Of a DNA stretch of 64,000 nt, positions 1-10,378 are shown one piece after another. Each line of letters opens with the position of its first letter. Position 1 is the stretch's first letter. Position numbers and translations under genes: made by a program. Origin of the DNA: an uncultured Dictyoglomota bacterium (GTDB lineage Bacteria; Dictyoglomota; Dictyoglomia; Dictyoglomales; Dictyoglomaceae); assembly GCA_964654465.1 (NCBI GenBank), contig CAZZIO010000040.1:96001-160000 (forward strand), in the 5' to 3' direction. Under the pieces are notes generated by a model. It saw nothing but the letters and a program-made list of their open reading frames with translations, made no database searches and had not been told where the DNA came from.

Positions 1-2007
1 GTATTCAGCGCCAAAATTAGATGTCATTATTAATATGGTATTTCTAAAATTAACTCTTCTTCCATGTCCATCTGTAAGCTGTCCTTCATCCATTATTTGC
101 AGCAATATATTAAAAACATCACTATGGGCTTTTTCTATTTCATCAAATAGGATAACAGAATAAGGTCTTCTATGAACCTTTTCCGTTAACTGACCACCTT
201 CCTCATATCCTACATATCCAGGGGGAGCACCAATAAGTCTTGATACAGTATGTTTCTCCATATATTCAGACATATCTAATCTAATTAAAGCATTTTCATT
301 TCCAAAAAGGTATTCAGCTAAAGCTCTTGCTAGCTCAGTCTTTCCAACACCTGTTGGACCTAAGAACATAAATGCACCTATAGGTCTTCTTGGATCTTTC
401 AAACCAGATCTTGATCTTCTTATAGCCCTTGACACAACACTTACAGCCTCATCTTGAGAAATAATTCTCTTATGAAGTTCTTCTTCCATTCTGAGTAATC
501 TTTCTCTTTCTTCCATAAGAAGTTGTGCTACAGGTATACTAGTCCAGCTTGCCACTACCTGAGCTACATCCTCTGGAGTTACCACTCCTTCATTCTCAAT
601 AGATGTGGTAGCTAAGAAATTCTTAAGATATTCTTCAATTCTTCTTTCCTCATCTCTAAGTTGAGCAGCCCTTTCAAAAGCTTGATTTCTGATAGCTATT
701 TCTTTTTGTTCTCTTATTCTTGCAAGTTCCAATTCTAAATTACTATGAGCGGTAGATTTCTGTCTTTTCAGTCTGACCCTTGCAGCTGCCTCATCTATTA
801 CATCTATAGCTTTGTCAGGAAGAAATCTATCAGTGATATACCTTACAGAAAGTTTAACAGCCTCTTCTAATGTTTCATCAGAAATTTTAACCCTATGATG
901 AATTTCATATTTTTCTCTCAATCCCTTAAGAATTTCCAATGTCTCTTCTGGAGTTGGCTCATTAACTATAACAGGTTGGAATCTCCTTTCTAAAGCTCCA
1001 TCTTTTTCTATATATTTTCTATATTCTTGGGGAGTTGTTGCTCCAATAACTTGAATTTCTCCTTTTGCTAAAGAAGGTTTTAAAATATTAGCTGCATCTA
1101 CAGCTCCTTCAGCAGCTCCAGCTCCAACTAAGGTATGAATCTCATCTATAAACAAAACTACATCCTTTGCCATCTTTACTTCTTCTATTATTCTCTGCAT
1201 TCTTTCCTCAAACTCACCCCTATACTTTGTACCAGCTACTATGCTACCCATATCTATAGCTACAATTCTTTTATTTAACAATGTTTCTGGTACATCTCCT
1301 TCCACAATTTTTTGGGCTAATCCTTCCACAATAGCTGTCTTCCCTACTCCAGGTTCTCCAACAAGTACTGGGTTATTCTTAGTTCTTCTACTCAATATTT
1401 GAATTATTCTTTCTAATTCCTTTTCTCTCCCAATAACAGGATCAAGTTTGCCCTGTCTTGCAAGCTGAGTTAAATCTCTACCAAATTCATCCAAGGTGGC
1501 TGTTATAGCTCTCTTCTTCTTATTTGTATTCTGGGAAGCAATTTGTCTTCCCTTTACCTTTGCGGGATCAATTGGTTCTCCTAATAACTTAAGTATTTCT
1601 ACTGTAACATCCTCTATCCTTACTCCCATTCCCTCTAACACGTGAGCTGCCACACCTTCTCCTTCCTTCAACAACCCAAGAAGTAAATGCTCTGTACCAA
1701 TATAATTATGATTCAATTCTTGCGCAGATTCAGAAGCATACTCTAAGACCTTCTTGGCCCTTGAAGTAAAAGGAAGTGCTCCATAGGAGGTACCATCACC
1801 ACGACCTATTAGTCTCTCTATCTCACTCCTGAGGTAATTAAGATCAAGACCCAAGTTTATTAAAACTTGAGCAGCTATGCCTCCATCCTCACGGAGTAAC
1901 CCCAGGAGAATATGTTCTGTACCAACAGTAGAATAATTAAGCCTTCTTGCCTCCTCCTGTGCTAAGAGTAGTACTCTGTAAGCTCTTTGCGTCAACTTAT
2001 CCATCAT
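1..2007 (-). CDS. clpC: ATP-dependent Clp protease ATP-binding subunit ClpC (3' end runs off the window)
   Basis: Not in the ORF track; read manually. ATG at 2007 after SD AGGAGG gives [23 protein letters not shown]...GTEHILLGL (Clp N repeats). Walker A motifs GEPGVGKT and GPTGVGKT, plus [28 protein letters not shown]. Lies downstream of mcsA-mcsB. Confidence 0.96.
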   Translation of the reverse strand, partial: MMDKLTQRAYRVLLLAQEEARRLNYSTVGTEHILLGLLREDGGIAAQVLINLGLDLNYLRSEIERLIGRGDGTSYGALPFTSRAKKVLEYASESAQELNHNYIGTEHLLLGLLKEGEGVAAHVLEGMGVRIEDVTVEILKLLGEPIDPAKVKGRQIASQNTNKKKRAITATLDEFGRDLTQLARQGKLDPVIGREKELERIIQILSRRTKNNPVLVGEPGVGKTAIVEGLAQKIVEGDVPETLLNKRIVAIDMGSIVAGTKYRGEFEERMQRIIEEVKMAKDVVLFIDEIHTLVGAGAAEGAVDAANILKPSLAKGEIQVIGATTPQEYRKYIEKDGALERRFQPVIVNEPTPEETLEILKGLREKYEIHHRVKISDETLEEAVKLSVRYITDRFLPDKAIDVIDEAAARVRLKRQKSTAHSNLELELARIREQKEIAIRNQAFERAAQLRDEERRIEEYLKNFLATTSIENEGVVTPEDVAQVVASWTSIPVAQLLMEERERLLRMEEELHKRIISQDEAVSVVSRAIRRSRSGLKDPRRPIGAFMFLGPTGVGKTELARALAEYLFGNENALIRLDMSEYMEKHTVSRLIGAPPGYVGYEEGGQLTEKVHRRPYSVILFDEIEKAHSDVFNILLQIMDEGQLTDGHGRRVNFRNTILIMTSNFGAEY

Positions 2008-2038
2008 TTTCTATACACCTCCTTAACATGACACCTCC

Positions 2039-3094
2039 CTAATCTATTTTATAATTTTTGAAAACATCATGCAATAAATCTGCCCTCACCCTATCCCTTT
2101 CTTCAGAATCCATTTCTCTACCTAATTTAACTTGTAAATGAGCAGGCAACGTTAATATCAATAACAAATCTAATAATTTGATTGGTAAATTTATTATTTT
2201 ATAAAAAATACCAAATCTAATATTAGAAAGTAAAGAGATAGCCTCCAAACTTTCTAAATATTTAGCATAATTTATAATACCCCATGCTCTTCCAAAAATA
2301 TCTTCTACCCATCTTCTCCTTTCCTCAAAAAGTAATTCTCGAGCCTTTATTTCTTCATTGACGATTTTTAAAGCTATTTCTTCCATTTTTTTTATTAACT
2401 CTTCTTCGCTACAACCCAGAGAGGATTTACTTGCAATTTGATAAAAACCAGCTATAGCCTTAGTATTCTCACCATAAAAACCCCTAATCAAAACCTTAGA
2501 AGATCTCAACCTCCTAAAAAGAGTTTTAATTTTCCCAGTAAAAGTTAGACCCGGTAGATGTACCAATAAAGATATTCTTAGGCCACATCCTAAATTTGTT
2601 ATACAAGAGGTAAGATAACCCATACTATTATCAAAGGCAAAATCAAAATATTCCGAAATGTGGTTTTCCAAAGATTGAAGCATTTTCCAACTCTCATTAA
2701 TTTCTAATCCGCCACTTAAAACCTGAATTCTGAAATGATCCTCTTCATTTAACCTAATACTCAATTTACCATCTTTTCTTACAATAAGACCTGTACCAGA
2801 TAGATTATTAAACTGATCTTCACTTATTAGGTGTTTTTCTATTAAAACTTCAGATACTAATTTAGGTAATTTCTCCAATCTTAAAAAATCGTAATCTTTA
2901 TTAAATTTAGTGTCATTTTTAAATACCCATTCAACCTTATTTATAAACCTTTTTCTTTGCGGTTCGGAAGCTTGATTTGGGAATGGAAATTCTCTAACAT
3001 TCCTCGCTAATCTTATCCGAGTACTTAATATTATATCTTTATGTAAATTGCCTTCTCCAATCCACTTAAGATACTTATAATAGAATTCTCTCAT
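2039..3094 (-). CDS. mcsB: Protein-arginine kinase McsB
   Basis: LSTRIRLARN, NEEDH and GYLTSC ATP:guanido phosphotransferase motifs; lies between mcsA and clpC. Confidence 0.92.
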   Translation of the reverse strand: MREFYYKYLKWIGEGNLHKDIILSTRIRLARNVREFPFPNQASEPQRKRFINKVEWVFKNDTKFNKDYDFLRLEKLPKLVSEVLIEKHLISEDQFNNLSGTGLIVRKDGKLSIRLNEEDHFRIQVLSGGLEINESWKMLQSLENHISEYFDFAFDNSMGYLTSCITNLGCGLRISLLVHLPGLTFTGKIKTLFRRLRSSKVLIRGFYGENTKAIAGFYQIASKSSLGCSEEELIKKMEEIALKIVNEEIKARELLFEERRRWVEDIFGRAWGIINYAKYLESLEAISLLSNIRFGIFYKIINLPIKLLDLLLILTLPAHLQVKLGREMDSEERDRVRADLLHDVFKNYKID

Positions 3095-3525
3095 CCACTC
3101 CTCTCATTCAATTTATTCAAGAAATCTCTTAACTTTGCTGCTTTTTCATAATCCTCTTCTTCTACTGCCTTCGACAATTCTATTTTATACCTAAGTATAT
3201 CTTCTTTTTTAGAAGTATTCTTAGGAATTTTTCCCTTATGTTCTTTGTTTCCATGATAACTCTTTATTATTTCTCCTAATTCATCCTTAAAAATAGAATA
3301 ACAATAATAGCAACCAACCATGCCTGTTTCTTCTATTTTCTTCCAGGTTCTTCCGCAATTAGGACATCTCTTTTCTTCCTTATCCTGAGAAAAGGCATTT
3401 TGAAAAAACTTCTTAATATATTCTTGCAAGCATTCTCCACAAAGGGAATATTTTCTTATTCCTTTCTCATCCTTTATCTCTAAAAGATATATAGCTAAAT
3501 TTTTATGGCAGAAATCACATTTCAT
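3091..3525 (-). CDS. mcsA: McsB activator McsA (CxxC zinc sites plus UVR domain)
   Basis: CDFC, CGEC, CPNC and GCYYC motifs, HKGKIP, C-terminal UVR motif [15 protein letters not shown]. Start trimmed from 3573 to ATG 3525 (MKCDFC) to reduce the overlap with pdxT. Confidence 0.9.
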   Translation of the reverse strand: MKCDFCHKNLAIYLLEIKDEKGIRKYSLCGECLQEYIKKFFQNAFSQDKEEKRCPNCGRTWKKIEETGMVGCYYCYSIFKDELGEIIKSYHGNKEHKGKIPKNTSKKEDILRYKIELSKAVEEEDYEKAAKLRDFLNKLNERSG

Positions 3526-4099
3526 TCCTTCCAATACACCTCTGTAAAAAATATTCGTGTATTCTTGTGTCATCCGTTAGCTCTGGATGAAAGGTTAATC
3601 CTAAAATACTTTTTTCTTCTACAAAAACAGGCTTTTCCATAAATACTCCAAGTACTTTGACATCTTTTCCTACATCTAATATCTGAGGTGCCCTTATAAA
3701 AACGGCCTCAAAAGGTTTATCTCCTATAGCTGGAATATCTAAATAGGTGGAAAAGCTTTCCCTTTGCCTACCGTACGCATTTCTTGAAACTGTAATATCT
3801 AAAACTCCCAAAGTTTTCTGATGAGGATGATTATCTATTCTTTTTGCAAGAAGAATTAAACCTGCACAAGTTCCCATTGCAGGAAGGCCAGCCTTTAGTG
3901 CATCCTGAAGTTTTTTAAATAATCCTGTATTTTCAAGGACAGTTAAAAAGGTAGTACTTTCTCCACCAGGTATAATGATTCCATCAATCTTATCCAAATC
4001 CTCAGGCTTCTTTATAAGAATAGTATCTACATCCAATTTTTTAAGCATATTTTTATGTTCAATTATGGAACCTTGAATAGAAAGTATACCTATTCTCAT
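3515..4099 (-). CDS. pdxT: PLP synthase glutaminase subunit
   Basis: [25 protein letters not shown] and FHPEL motifs. Start set at MRIGIL (4099), just after the pdxS stop. Confidence 0.95.
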   Translation of the reverse strand: MRIGILSIQGSIIEHKNMLKKLDVDTILIKKPEDLDKIDGIIIPGGESTTFLTVLENTGLFKKLQDALKAGLPAMGTCAGLILLAKRIDNHPHQKTLGVLDITVSRNAYGRQRESFSTYLDIPAIGDKPFEAVFIRAPQILDVGKDVKVLGVFMEKPVFVEEKSILGLTFHPELTDDTRIHEYFLQRCIGRNEM

Positions 4100-4100
4100 T

Positions 4101-4988
4101 TTACCAACCTCTTGTCTGGAGTAATTCAGTTTCATTCAACTTCCTTATGTCAATACCAGGCATAGGTTCTCCTAAATCCTCAGAAATTTCAGCTAAAACA
4201 TAAGGATCATCATAGTAGGTTACTGCAAGAACAATTGCCCTTGCTCTTTTTCTTGGATCCTTAGACTTAAAGATTCCAGATCCAACAAATACACCATCTG
4301 CACCGAGATGCATCATTAAGGCTGCATCAGCAGGCGTAGCTATTCCTCCAGCAGCAAAATTTACAACTGGGAACCTACCAAGCCTTTTTGTTTCCATTAA
4401 CACCTCTAAAGGAGCACCTAACTCTTTAGCTTTTGTTACCAACTCATCATCAGGTATTAACACTAAAGATCTTATTTCATCCATAATTTGTCTCATATGT
4501 CTTACTGCTTCTACCACGTTTCCTGTTCCAGCCTCACCCTTAGTACGTATCATAGCTGCACCTTCCGCAATTCTTCTTAAAGCTTCTCCTAAATCTCTGG
4601 CACCACAAACAAAAGGAACTTTAAAAGCATGCTTATTTATATGATACTTTTCATCGGCAGGTGTCAATACTTCACTCTCATCAATAAAATCTACACCTAA
4701 GGCTTCAAGAATCTGAGCTTCTACAAAATGCCCAATCCTTACCTTAGCCATAACAGGTATACTAACAGCAGACATTATCTCTTTTATCTTCTTTGGATCA
4801 GCCATTCTCGCCACTCCACCCTGGGCTCTAATATCAGCAGGTACCCTCTCCAAAGCCATCACAGCAACAGCCCCAGCTTCCTCTGCTATTTCAGCTTGCT
4901 CAGCATTAGTAACATCCATGATAACTCCACCTTTTAACATCTGAGCAAGACCTCTTTTTACTTTATCTGTTCCTGTAAATATTTCCAT
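4101..4988 (-). CDS. pdxS: PLP synthase lyase subunit
   Basis: [26 protein letters not shown] and [13 protein letters not shown] motifs; SD AAGGAGG upstream. Confidence 0.98.
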   Translation of the reverse strand: MEIFTGTDKVKRGLAQMLKGGVIMDVTNAEQAEIAEEAGAVAVMALERVPADIRAQGGVARMADPKKIKEIMSAVSIPVMAKVRIGHFVEAQILEALGVDFIDESEVLTPADEKYHINKHAFKVPFVCGARDLGEALRRIAEGAAMIRTKGEAGTGNVVEAVRHMRQIMDEIRSLVLIPDDELVTKAKELGAPLEVLMETKRLGRFPVVNFAAGGIATPADAALMMHLGADGVFVGSGIFKSKDPRKRARAIVLAVTYYDDPYVLAEISEDLGEPMPGIDIRKLNETELLQTRGW

Positions 4989-5031
4989 ATTTCACAACCT
5001 CCTTTAAGGAAAAGGAATATATTTTTTAAAA

Positions 5032-5060
5032 TGTATACTCCTTTTATAAAAAATTGTCAA
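5032..5060 (-). promoter_or_regulatory. Candidate sigma70/A promoter for pdxS-pdxT-mcsA-mcsB-clpC
   Basis: TTGACA (5060-5055), 17 nt spacer, imperfect -10 TATACA (5037-5032). Confidence 0.5.
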
Positions 5061-5088
5061 AAGTTAAAGTATTAAAAATACTTTAAAG

Positions 5089-6879
5089 TTACCCATTAAA
5101 ATACATATATATCTTTTCAGCAACCTTTTCAGGAATTCCTGGTATGTTTTTTAGTTCTTCTAAAGAAGCCTTTTTTATGTCTTCTATAGAAGAAAAATGT
5201 TCCATAAGTATTTTCCACCTTTTCCGGCCAACCCCTGAAATTTTCATTAAGGAAGGCTCTAATATCTTTTTTCTATGAAGCTTTCTATGATAAGAGATTG
5301 CAAACCTATGAGCCTCGTCTCTTACATGTTGTAATAAATGAAGAGCATGGGAATCCTTTGGAAGAATAATTGGTTTTGATCTATTTGGAAGAAAAATCTC
5401 TTCATTTTCCTTAGCAAGAGCTATAATTAATTTAGGCTTTATACCTATCTCATTAAATACTTCCATAGCAGAGCTTAATTGTCCTTTTCCCCCATCAACG
5501 AGTACAATATCCGCCAAAGGATCTTCATCTATCATTTTTAATCTTCTTCTTAATACCTCTTGAAGCATTAAGAAATCATTTGGAAGTTCTTCTACGTACT
5601 TTATCTTATATCGTCTATACCTACCCTTATCAGGAAAACCTTTAAAAAAGAAAACTTTAGATCCTACAGCCTCCTTGCCTTGAAGATTTGAAATATCAAA
5701 ACCTTCTATGGACAATGGTATATCATCAAGCCCAAACAATTTTTGTAATTCTACGAGGGCTCCCCACACCTTCTCTGATTTTAAGCTTTCAATACTCAAA
5801 TCCTTTAAAGCCATTTCTAAAAGTTTACTTTCATCTTCATTTGCAGGTAGTCTTAAATTAACAGGTGCTCCTTTCTTCTCAGAAAGATACTTAATAATAT
5901 CAAAATCTTCATAAGATATTTCTTGAGGAATTATAATAATATCTGGAATTTCCCTATTAAGATAATACTGAAGAATAAAAGCTCTAATTATTTCATCTTT
6001 AACAAAATCATAAGAAAGATTTAAGACAAATATTCTTTTCTCTATTAATTTACCTTCCCTTACAAGATATACTAAAATTTTGGCCTTATGATCCTCAATA
6101 TATAACTGAATAAGATCTTTGTTTTCATTATTAAAAGAAATAATCTTTTGTCTTTCACCTAAATTCTGAAGAGTCTTTATCTTATCTCTCACTTTTGCTG
6201 CTTTCTCAAACTCTAAATTATCTGAATAATTCTTCATCTCTACAAACAATTTCTCAATTATCCTTTCATATTTACCTTCCAAAAAAGAAAGCACATCTTT
6301 TACCATATCCCAATACTCTTCCTTACTCACATATCCTTGACATGGAGCCTTACAGTTACCTATGTAATAATTAAGACAAGGCCTTTTAGGCTTGCTTTTT
6401 GGTAAGTTCCAATTACAAGATCTCAGATTAAATATTTTCTTAACGAGAGATATGGTTTCTCTTACAGTACTACTTTGAGGATATGGGCCAAAATATTTAG
6501 CCCCATCATCTTCAAATCTTCTTGCTTTAATCAGTCTTGGATATTCCTCATTTATGGTAAGTTTTAACAATGGATACTGCTTATCATCCCTTAGCTGTAC
6601 ATTCATTATAGGTTTATACTTTTTAATCAAAACGGATTCAAGAATTAAAGCTTCAGTTTCCGAATCGGTAACATAGTAGTTAACATCCTTAGATTTTCTT
6701 AATATATATTTCACTTTTGGAGAATCGTCAGTTAAATAGGACATTACCCTCTTTCTTAGATTTTTTGCCTTGCCCACATAAATTACTTTTCCATTATAAT
6801 CATTAAAAAGATATACACCAGGTGAATCTGGAAGATTCTCAATCTTTTCTTTTATTCTCTTATACATTTCCTCCATCAT
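5089..6879 (-). CDS. uvrC: Excinuclease ABC subunit C
   Basis: GIY-YIG domain (PGVY...YVGKAKNL), 4-Cys cluster, UVR domain, FDISN / DGGKGQ / RDEAHRFA RNase H-like domain, C-terminal HhH. Confidence 0.98.
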   Translation of the reverse strand: MMEEMYKRIKEKIENLPDSPGVYLFNDYNGKVIYVGKAKNLRKRVMSYLTDDSPKVKYILRKSKDVNYYVTDSETEALILESVLIKKYKPIMNVQLRDDKQYPLLKLTINEEYPRLIKARRFEDDGAKYFGPYPQSSTVRETISLVKKIFNLRSCNWNLPKSKPKRPCLNYYIGNCKAPCQGYVSKEEYWDMVKDVLSFLEGKYERIIEKLFVEMKNYSDNLEFEKAAKVRDKIKTLQNLGERQKIISFNNENKDLIQLYIEDHKAKILVYLVREGKLIEKRIFVLNLSYDFVKDEIIRAFILQYYLNREIPDIIIIPQEISYEDFDIIKYLSEKKGAPVNLRLPANEDESKLLEMALKDLSIESLKSEKVWGALVELQKLFGLDDIPLSIEGFDISNLQGKEAVGSKVFFFKGFPDKGRYRRYKIKYVEELPNDFLMLQEVLRRRLKMIDEDPLADIVLVDGGKGQLSSAMEVFNEIGIKPKLIIALAKENEEIFLPNRSKPIILPKDSHALHLLQHVRDEAHRFAISYHRKLHRKKILEPSLMKISGVGRKRWKILMEHFSSIEDIKKASLEELKNIPGIPEKVAEKIYMYFNG

Positions 6880-6885
6880 AAATAA

Positions 6886-6914
6886 ATTTTAAATCAGTGT
6901 AGATAAAAGTTCAA
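6886..6914 (-). promoter_or_regulatory. Candidate uvrC promoter
   Basis: TTGAAC (6914-6909), 17 nt, TAAAAT (6891-6886); 6 nt separate the -10 box from the ATG. Confidence 0.55.
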
Positions 6915-6927
6915 TTTTTACTAAAAG

Positions 6928-6956
6928 TTGCATCCTGAGAAGTTATAGGTTATATT
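6928..6956 (+). promoter_or_regulatory. Candidate argS operon promoter
   Basis: TTGCAT (6928-6933), 17 nt, TATATT (6951-6956). Confidence 0.55.
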
Positions 6957-6999
6957 ATTAAAATAGTTTTACAAAATAAATTATAGGGAGTAAAAAAGC

Positions 7000-8652
7000 A
7001 TGAGAAAACATATACAAAATTTAGTAGAAAAAGCCATAAAAAAATATGAAGAGACTGAGAATATAAGTACTGATGGAATTGAAATTATTATAGAGGTCCC
7101 AAAACAGAAAGAATATGGGGATTATGCAACAGCTGTAGCCCTTCAAATAGCCCAAAAAAATAAAAAACCCCCAAGATTAATAGCAGAAAAATTAGTTACA
7201 TTTTTAGATGGTTCTCCTTTTATTGAAAAAGTTGAAGTTGCAGGACCTGGCTTTATAAACTTTTTCCTAAATGAGAAGGCTCTATGGGAAACCATTAAAG
7301 ATATAAGAAAAAACATAGATAAGTTAGTAAAAATACCCCCTAAAAAGAAAAAAATACAGTTGGAATTTGGTAGTATAAATCCTACAGGACCTATGCATAT
7401 TGCTCATGCAAGAGGAGTTACTATAGGTGATTCATTAGCTAATCTATTTAGAAGAATAGGCTGGAATATAGAAAAAGAATTTTATATAAACGATGCAGGC
7501 ACACAAATTGATCTTTTAGGAGAATCTTTATATGCCCGGTATATGCAACTTCAAGGCAAGGATTATGAGTTACCAGAAGAAGGATATCATGGAATATACC
7601 TTATTGACTTAGCAAAAGAACTTCTCAATAAAAAGGAAGAAATTGAAAAACTATCTGTTAATGAAAAGAAAGAATTCTTTAAAAATTATGCACTAAAAAG
7701 AATGTTAGAGAATATAAAGAATACCCTGTTAAATTTTGGGGTCGAATATGATGTATGGTTTAGTGAAAAGACTCTTCACGAAAACGGAAAAATTAAAGAG
7801 ATACTTGATATTCTTGAAAAAAGAGGTTTTTCTTATTATAAAGATGGGGCTATATGGTTCGCATCTACAAAATTTGGAGATGAGAAAGATAGAGTTTTAG
7901 TAAAAAGTGATGGAAAACCTACTTACTTTCTTGCAGACATAGCCTATCACTTAAATAAGATTGAACGAGGCTTTGATTGGATAATAGATGTTTGGGGAGC
8001 AGATCATCACGGCCACGTAACAAGGCTAAAAGGAGCTATACAAGCCTTAGGCTATTCCAAAGATATCTTAGAGATAATTTTAGTACAAGTAGTTAAACTT
8101 ATGAAAGGCAACGAAGAAATAAAAATGTCAAAAAGAACAGGTGATTTTATAACTCTTGACGAAGTACAAGAGGAAGTTGGAAGAGATCCTATAAGATTTT
8201 TCTTTCTTTTAAGAAGTCCTGAAAGTCAATTGGATTTTGATTTGGAACTTGCTAAGAAACAATCCTTAGAAAATCCAGTATATTATGTTCAATATGCTCA
8301 TGCAAGATGTTGTAGTATTTTGAAAAATGCCGAATCTCAAGGTCATAACCTATCAGACCTTGATAATGCAGATCTCTCATTGTTAAAGGAAGAAAAAGAG
8401 AAAGAGCTTATACTTACTCTTTTGAGATATCCAGAAAAATTAGAAGATATAACAAGAACATTGGAAATTCATCAGTTACCATTTTATCTACTTAATTTAA
8501 GCTCTCTCTTCCATGGTTATTATGATTCCTATAAAGTATTGGTGGAAGATAAAGATCTTGCCTTAGCAAGATTAGCCCTAATTGATTGTATCAGAATAAT
8601 AATAAAAGATGCTTTAAATATATTAGGAGTTTCAGCTCCAGAAAAAATGTAG
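7000..8652 (+). CDS. argS: Arginine--tRNA ligase
   Basis: AGPGFINF, HIGH-like SINPTGPMHIAH, WGADHHG, KMSKRTG, YVQYAHAR and C-terminal APEKM. Confidence 0.98.
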   Translation: MRKHIQNLVEKAIKKYEETENISTDGIEIIIEVPKQKEYGDYATAVALQIAQKNKKPPRLIAEKLVTFLDGSPFIEKVEVAGPGFINFFLNEKALWETIKDIRKNIDKLVKIPPKKKKIQLEFGSINPTGPMHIAHARGVTIGDSLANLFRRIGWNIEKEFYINDAGTQIDLLGESLYARYMQLQGKDYELPEEGYHGIYLIDLAKELLNKKEEIEKLSVNEKKEFFKNYALKRMLENIKNTLLNFGVEYDVWFSEKTLHENGKIKEILDILEKRGFSYYKDGAIWFASTKFGDEKDRVLVKSDGKPTYFLADIAYHLNKIERGFDWIIDVWGADHHGHVTRLKGAIQALGYSKDILEIILVQVVKLMKGNEEIKMSKRTGDFITLDEVQEEVGRDPIRFFFLLRSPESQLDFDLELAKKQSLENPVYYVQYAHARCCSILKNAESQGHNLSDLDNADLSLLKEEKEKELILTLLRYPEKLEDITRTLEIHQLPFYLLNLSSLFHGYYDSYKVLVEDKDLALARLALIDCIRIIIKDALNILGVSAPEKM

Positions 8653-8665
8653 GGGGGTGAAACTT

Positions 8666-9304
8666 ATGAAGATAATATGGTATGGACATTCATGTTTTGT
8701 ATTCACAAATTCAGAAGGTAAGAAAATCCTTACCGATCCTTTTGATACCTCTGTAGGATATGAGATTCCTAAAGAAGAAGTAGATATTGTAACAGTAAGT
8801 CATTCTCACTTTGACCACAATGCAGTACATCTATTAAAAGGGAATCCTATTGTTGTAGAAGGAGAAGGAGAAACTACTATCCATAATGTTAAGATAAAAG
8901 GCTTTAATACATATCATGATGAGGAAAAGGGGCAAAAAAGAGGTATCAATACTATTTATCTAATAGAAACAGATGGAATAAAGATACTTCATTTAGGTGA
9001 TTTAGGACATCCTTTAACGGATGAGTATAAAGAAAGAATTGGAGATGTGGATATACTCTTTATACCAGTAGGTGGAATCTATACTATTGATGCTGATAAG
9101 GCTATAAAGACCTTAGAAATAATAAAGCCTAAAATTGCAATACCAATGCATTACAAGACCCCACATCTTAAATTTGATCTTGCTAGAGTTGACGAATTCT
9201 TAAATAAGGTAAAATATCCAATTAAAAAATTTGATGAAAAAGAGATAGAAATTACAAAAGATAAATTACCAACAAATACTGAAGTTTGGGTCCTTCCATA
9301 TTAA
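8666..9304 (+). CDS. Metallo-beta-lactamase fold hydrolase
   Basis: WYGHSCF, TDPF, SHSHFDH (HxHxDH), HLGD and IPMHY motifs. ATG at 8666 preferred over GTG at 8657. Confidence 0.85.
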   Translation: MKIIWYGHSCFVFTNSEGKKILTDPFDTSVGYEIPKEEVDIVTVSHSHFDHNAVHLLKGNPIVVEGEGETTIHNVKIKGFNTYHDEEKGQKRGINTIYLIETDGIKILHLGDLGHPLTDEYKERIGDVDILFIPVGGIYTIDADKAIKTLEIIKPKIAIPMHYKTPHLKFDLARVDEFLNKVKYPIKKFDEKEIEITKDKLPTNTEVWVLPY

Positions 9305-9327
9305 CATCTTTTAAGGGAGGTTCATAG

Positions 9328-9882
9328 ATGATATCAAGAGAAGAAGCTTTTAATAAACTAACAATATATGTGAAAAATAAAAATCTAATAAAGCATATGA
9401 TAGCAACAGAAGCTATAATGAGAACTTTAGCAAGAAAATTTGGAGAAGATGAAGAGAAATGGGGAATCACAGGACTTTTACATGATATTGATTATGAATT
9501 AACAGAAAAAGAACCTGAAAAACATAGTCTCTTAGCAGAAGAAATTTTAAAAGATGTATCTCTTCCTTCAGATATAATTGATGCTATCAAAGCTCACAAT
9601 GAAATACATGGCTTACCAAGAGAAACCCTTTTAGCTAAATCACTATATGCTGTGGATCCTTTAACAGGTCTAATTGTGGCTGCAGCCCTTATACATCCTG
9701 AAAAAAAACTTGCACCATTAGATACAAACTTTATTCTAAATAGATTTAAAGAGAAAAGTTTTGCCAGAGGAGCAAATAGAGAACAAATAAAATCATGTGA
9801 AGAAATAGGATTATCCTTAGAAGAATTTATATCCTTAGGCTTAGAAGCAATGAAATCTGTATCTAACGATTTAGACCTATAA
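9328..9882 (+). CDS. HD/HDIG domain predicted phosphohydrolase
   Basis: KH...EAIM, GLLHDIDY and C-terminal KEKSFARG; SD GGAGG upstream. Confidence 0.85.
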   Translation: MISREEAFNKLTIYVKNKNLIKHMIATEAIMRTLARKFGEDEEKWGITGLLHDIDYELTEKEPEKHSLLAEEILKDVSLPSDIIDAIKAHNEIHGLPRETLLAKSLYAVDPLTGLIVAAALIHPEKKLAPLDTNFILNRFKEKSFARGANREQIKSCEEIGLSLEEFISLGLEAMKSVSNDLDL

Positions 9883-9898
9883 GGAAAGAGGTGTTTCT

Positions 9899-10366
9899 AT
9901 GAACACAAAAAAGATCACAAGAATTGCTTTTTATGCAGTCATATACAGTGTTCTAACAATAGTGTTTTCTCCTATTAGCTATGGACCTATTCAAGTTAGA
10001 ATTTCTGAATTCTTAACTTTATTTCCTTTTTTAGATTATCTTGCAATTCCAGGGCTTTTTTTGGGATGTTTTATTGCTAATATATTTAGTCCCGTTGGTT
10101 GGATAGATATGATCTTTGGTAGTTTGTGCACTTTAGTAGCTGCATATTTAACAAGAAAGATGCCCAATATATATCTTGCTCCTTTACCACCAATTTTAGT
10201 AAATGCTTTTGGGGTTAGCCTTTATTTACATTTATTCTTTAACCTTCCATATTTTCTAAATGTTCTTTATATAGGAATTGGTGAAGCTATTGCTACTTAT
10301 GTAATAGGACTTCCAATTGTCTTATATATACTTAAAAGCCCACAATTAAAAAAATATTTTGAGTAA
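9899..10366 (+). CDS. queT: QueT-family queuosine-precursor transporter (ECF S-component-like)
   Basis: PISYGPIQVRISE signature, GLFLGCFIAN and DMIFGS; hydrophobic throughout. Confidence 0.85.
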   Translation: MNTKKITRIAFYAVIYSVLTIVFSPISYGPIQVRISEFLTLFPFLDYLAIPGLFLGCFIANIFSPVGWIDMIFGSLCTLVAAYLTRKMPNIYLAPLPPILVNAFGVSLYLHLFFNLPYFLNVLYIGIGEAIATYVIGLPIVLYILKSPQLKKYFE

Positions 10367-10378
10367 AGGGGTAGCAAA

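Noticed and set aside
5054-5068. TGTCAAA-AGTTAAA as a CtsR box
   Set aside because: It lacks the 3 nt spacer and the second half-site is degenerate; it is explained by the -35 hexamer.
6957-6999. T-box leader upstream of argS
   Set aside because: Only about 40 nt lie between the predicted -10 and the start, and no T-box consensus is present.
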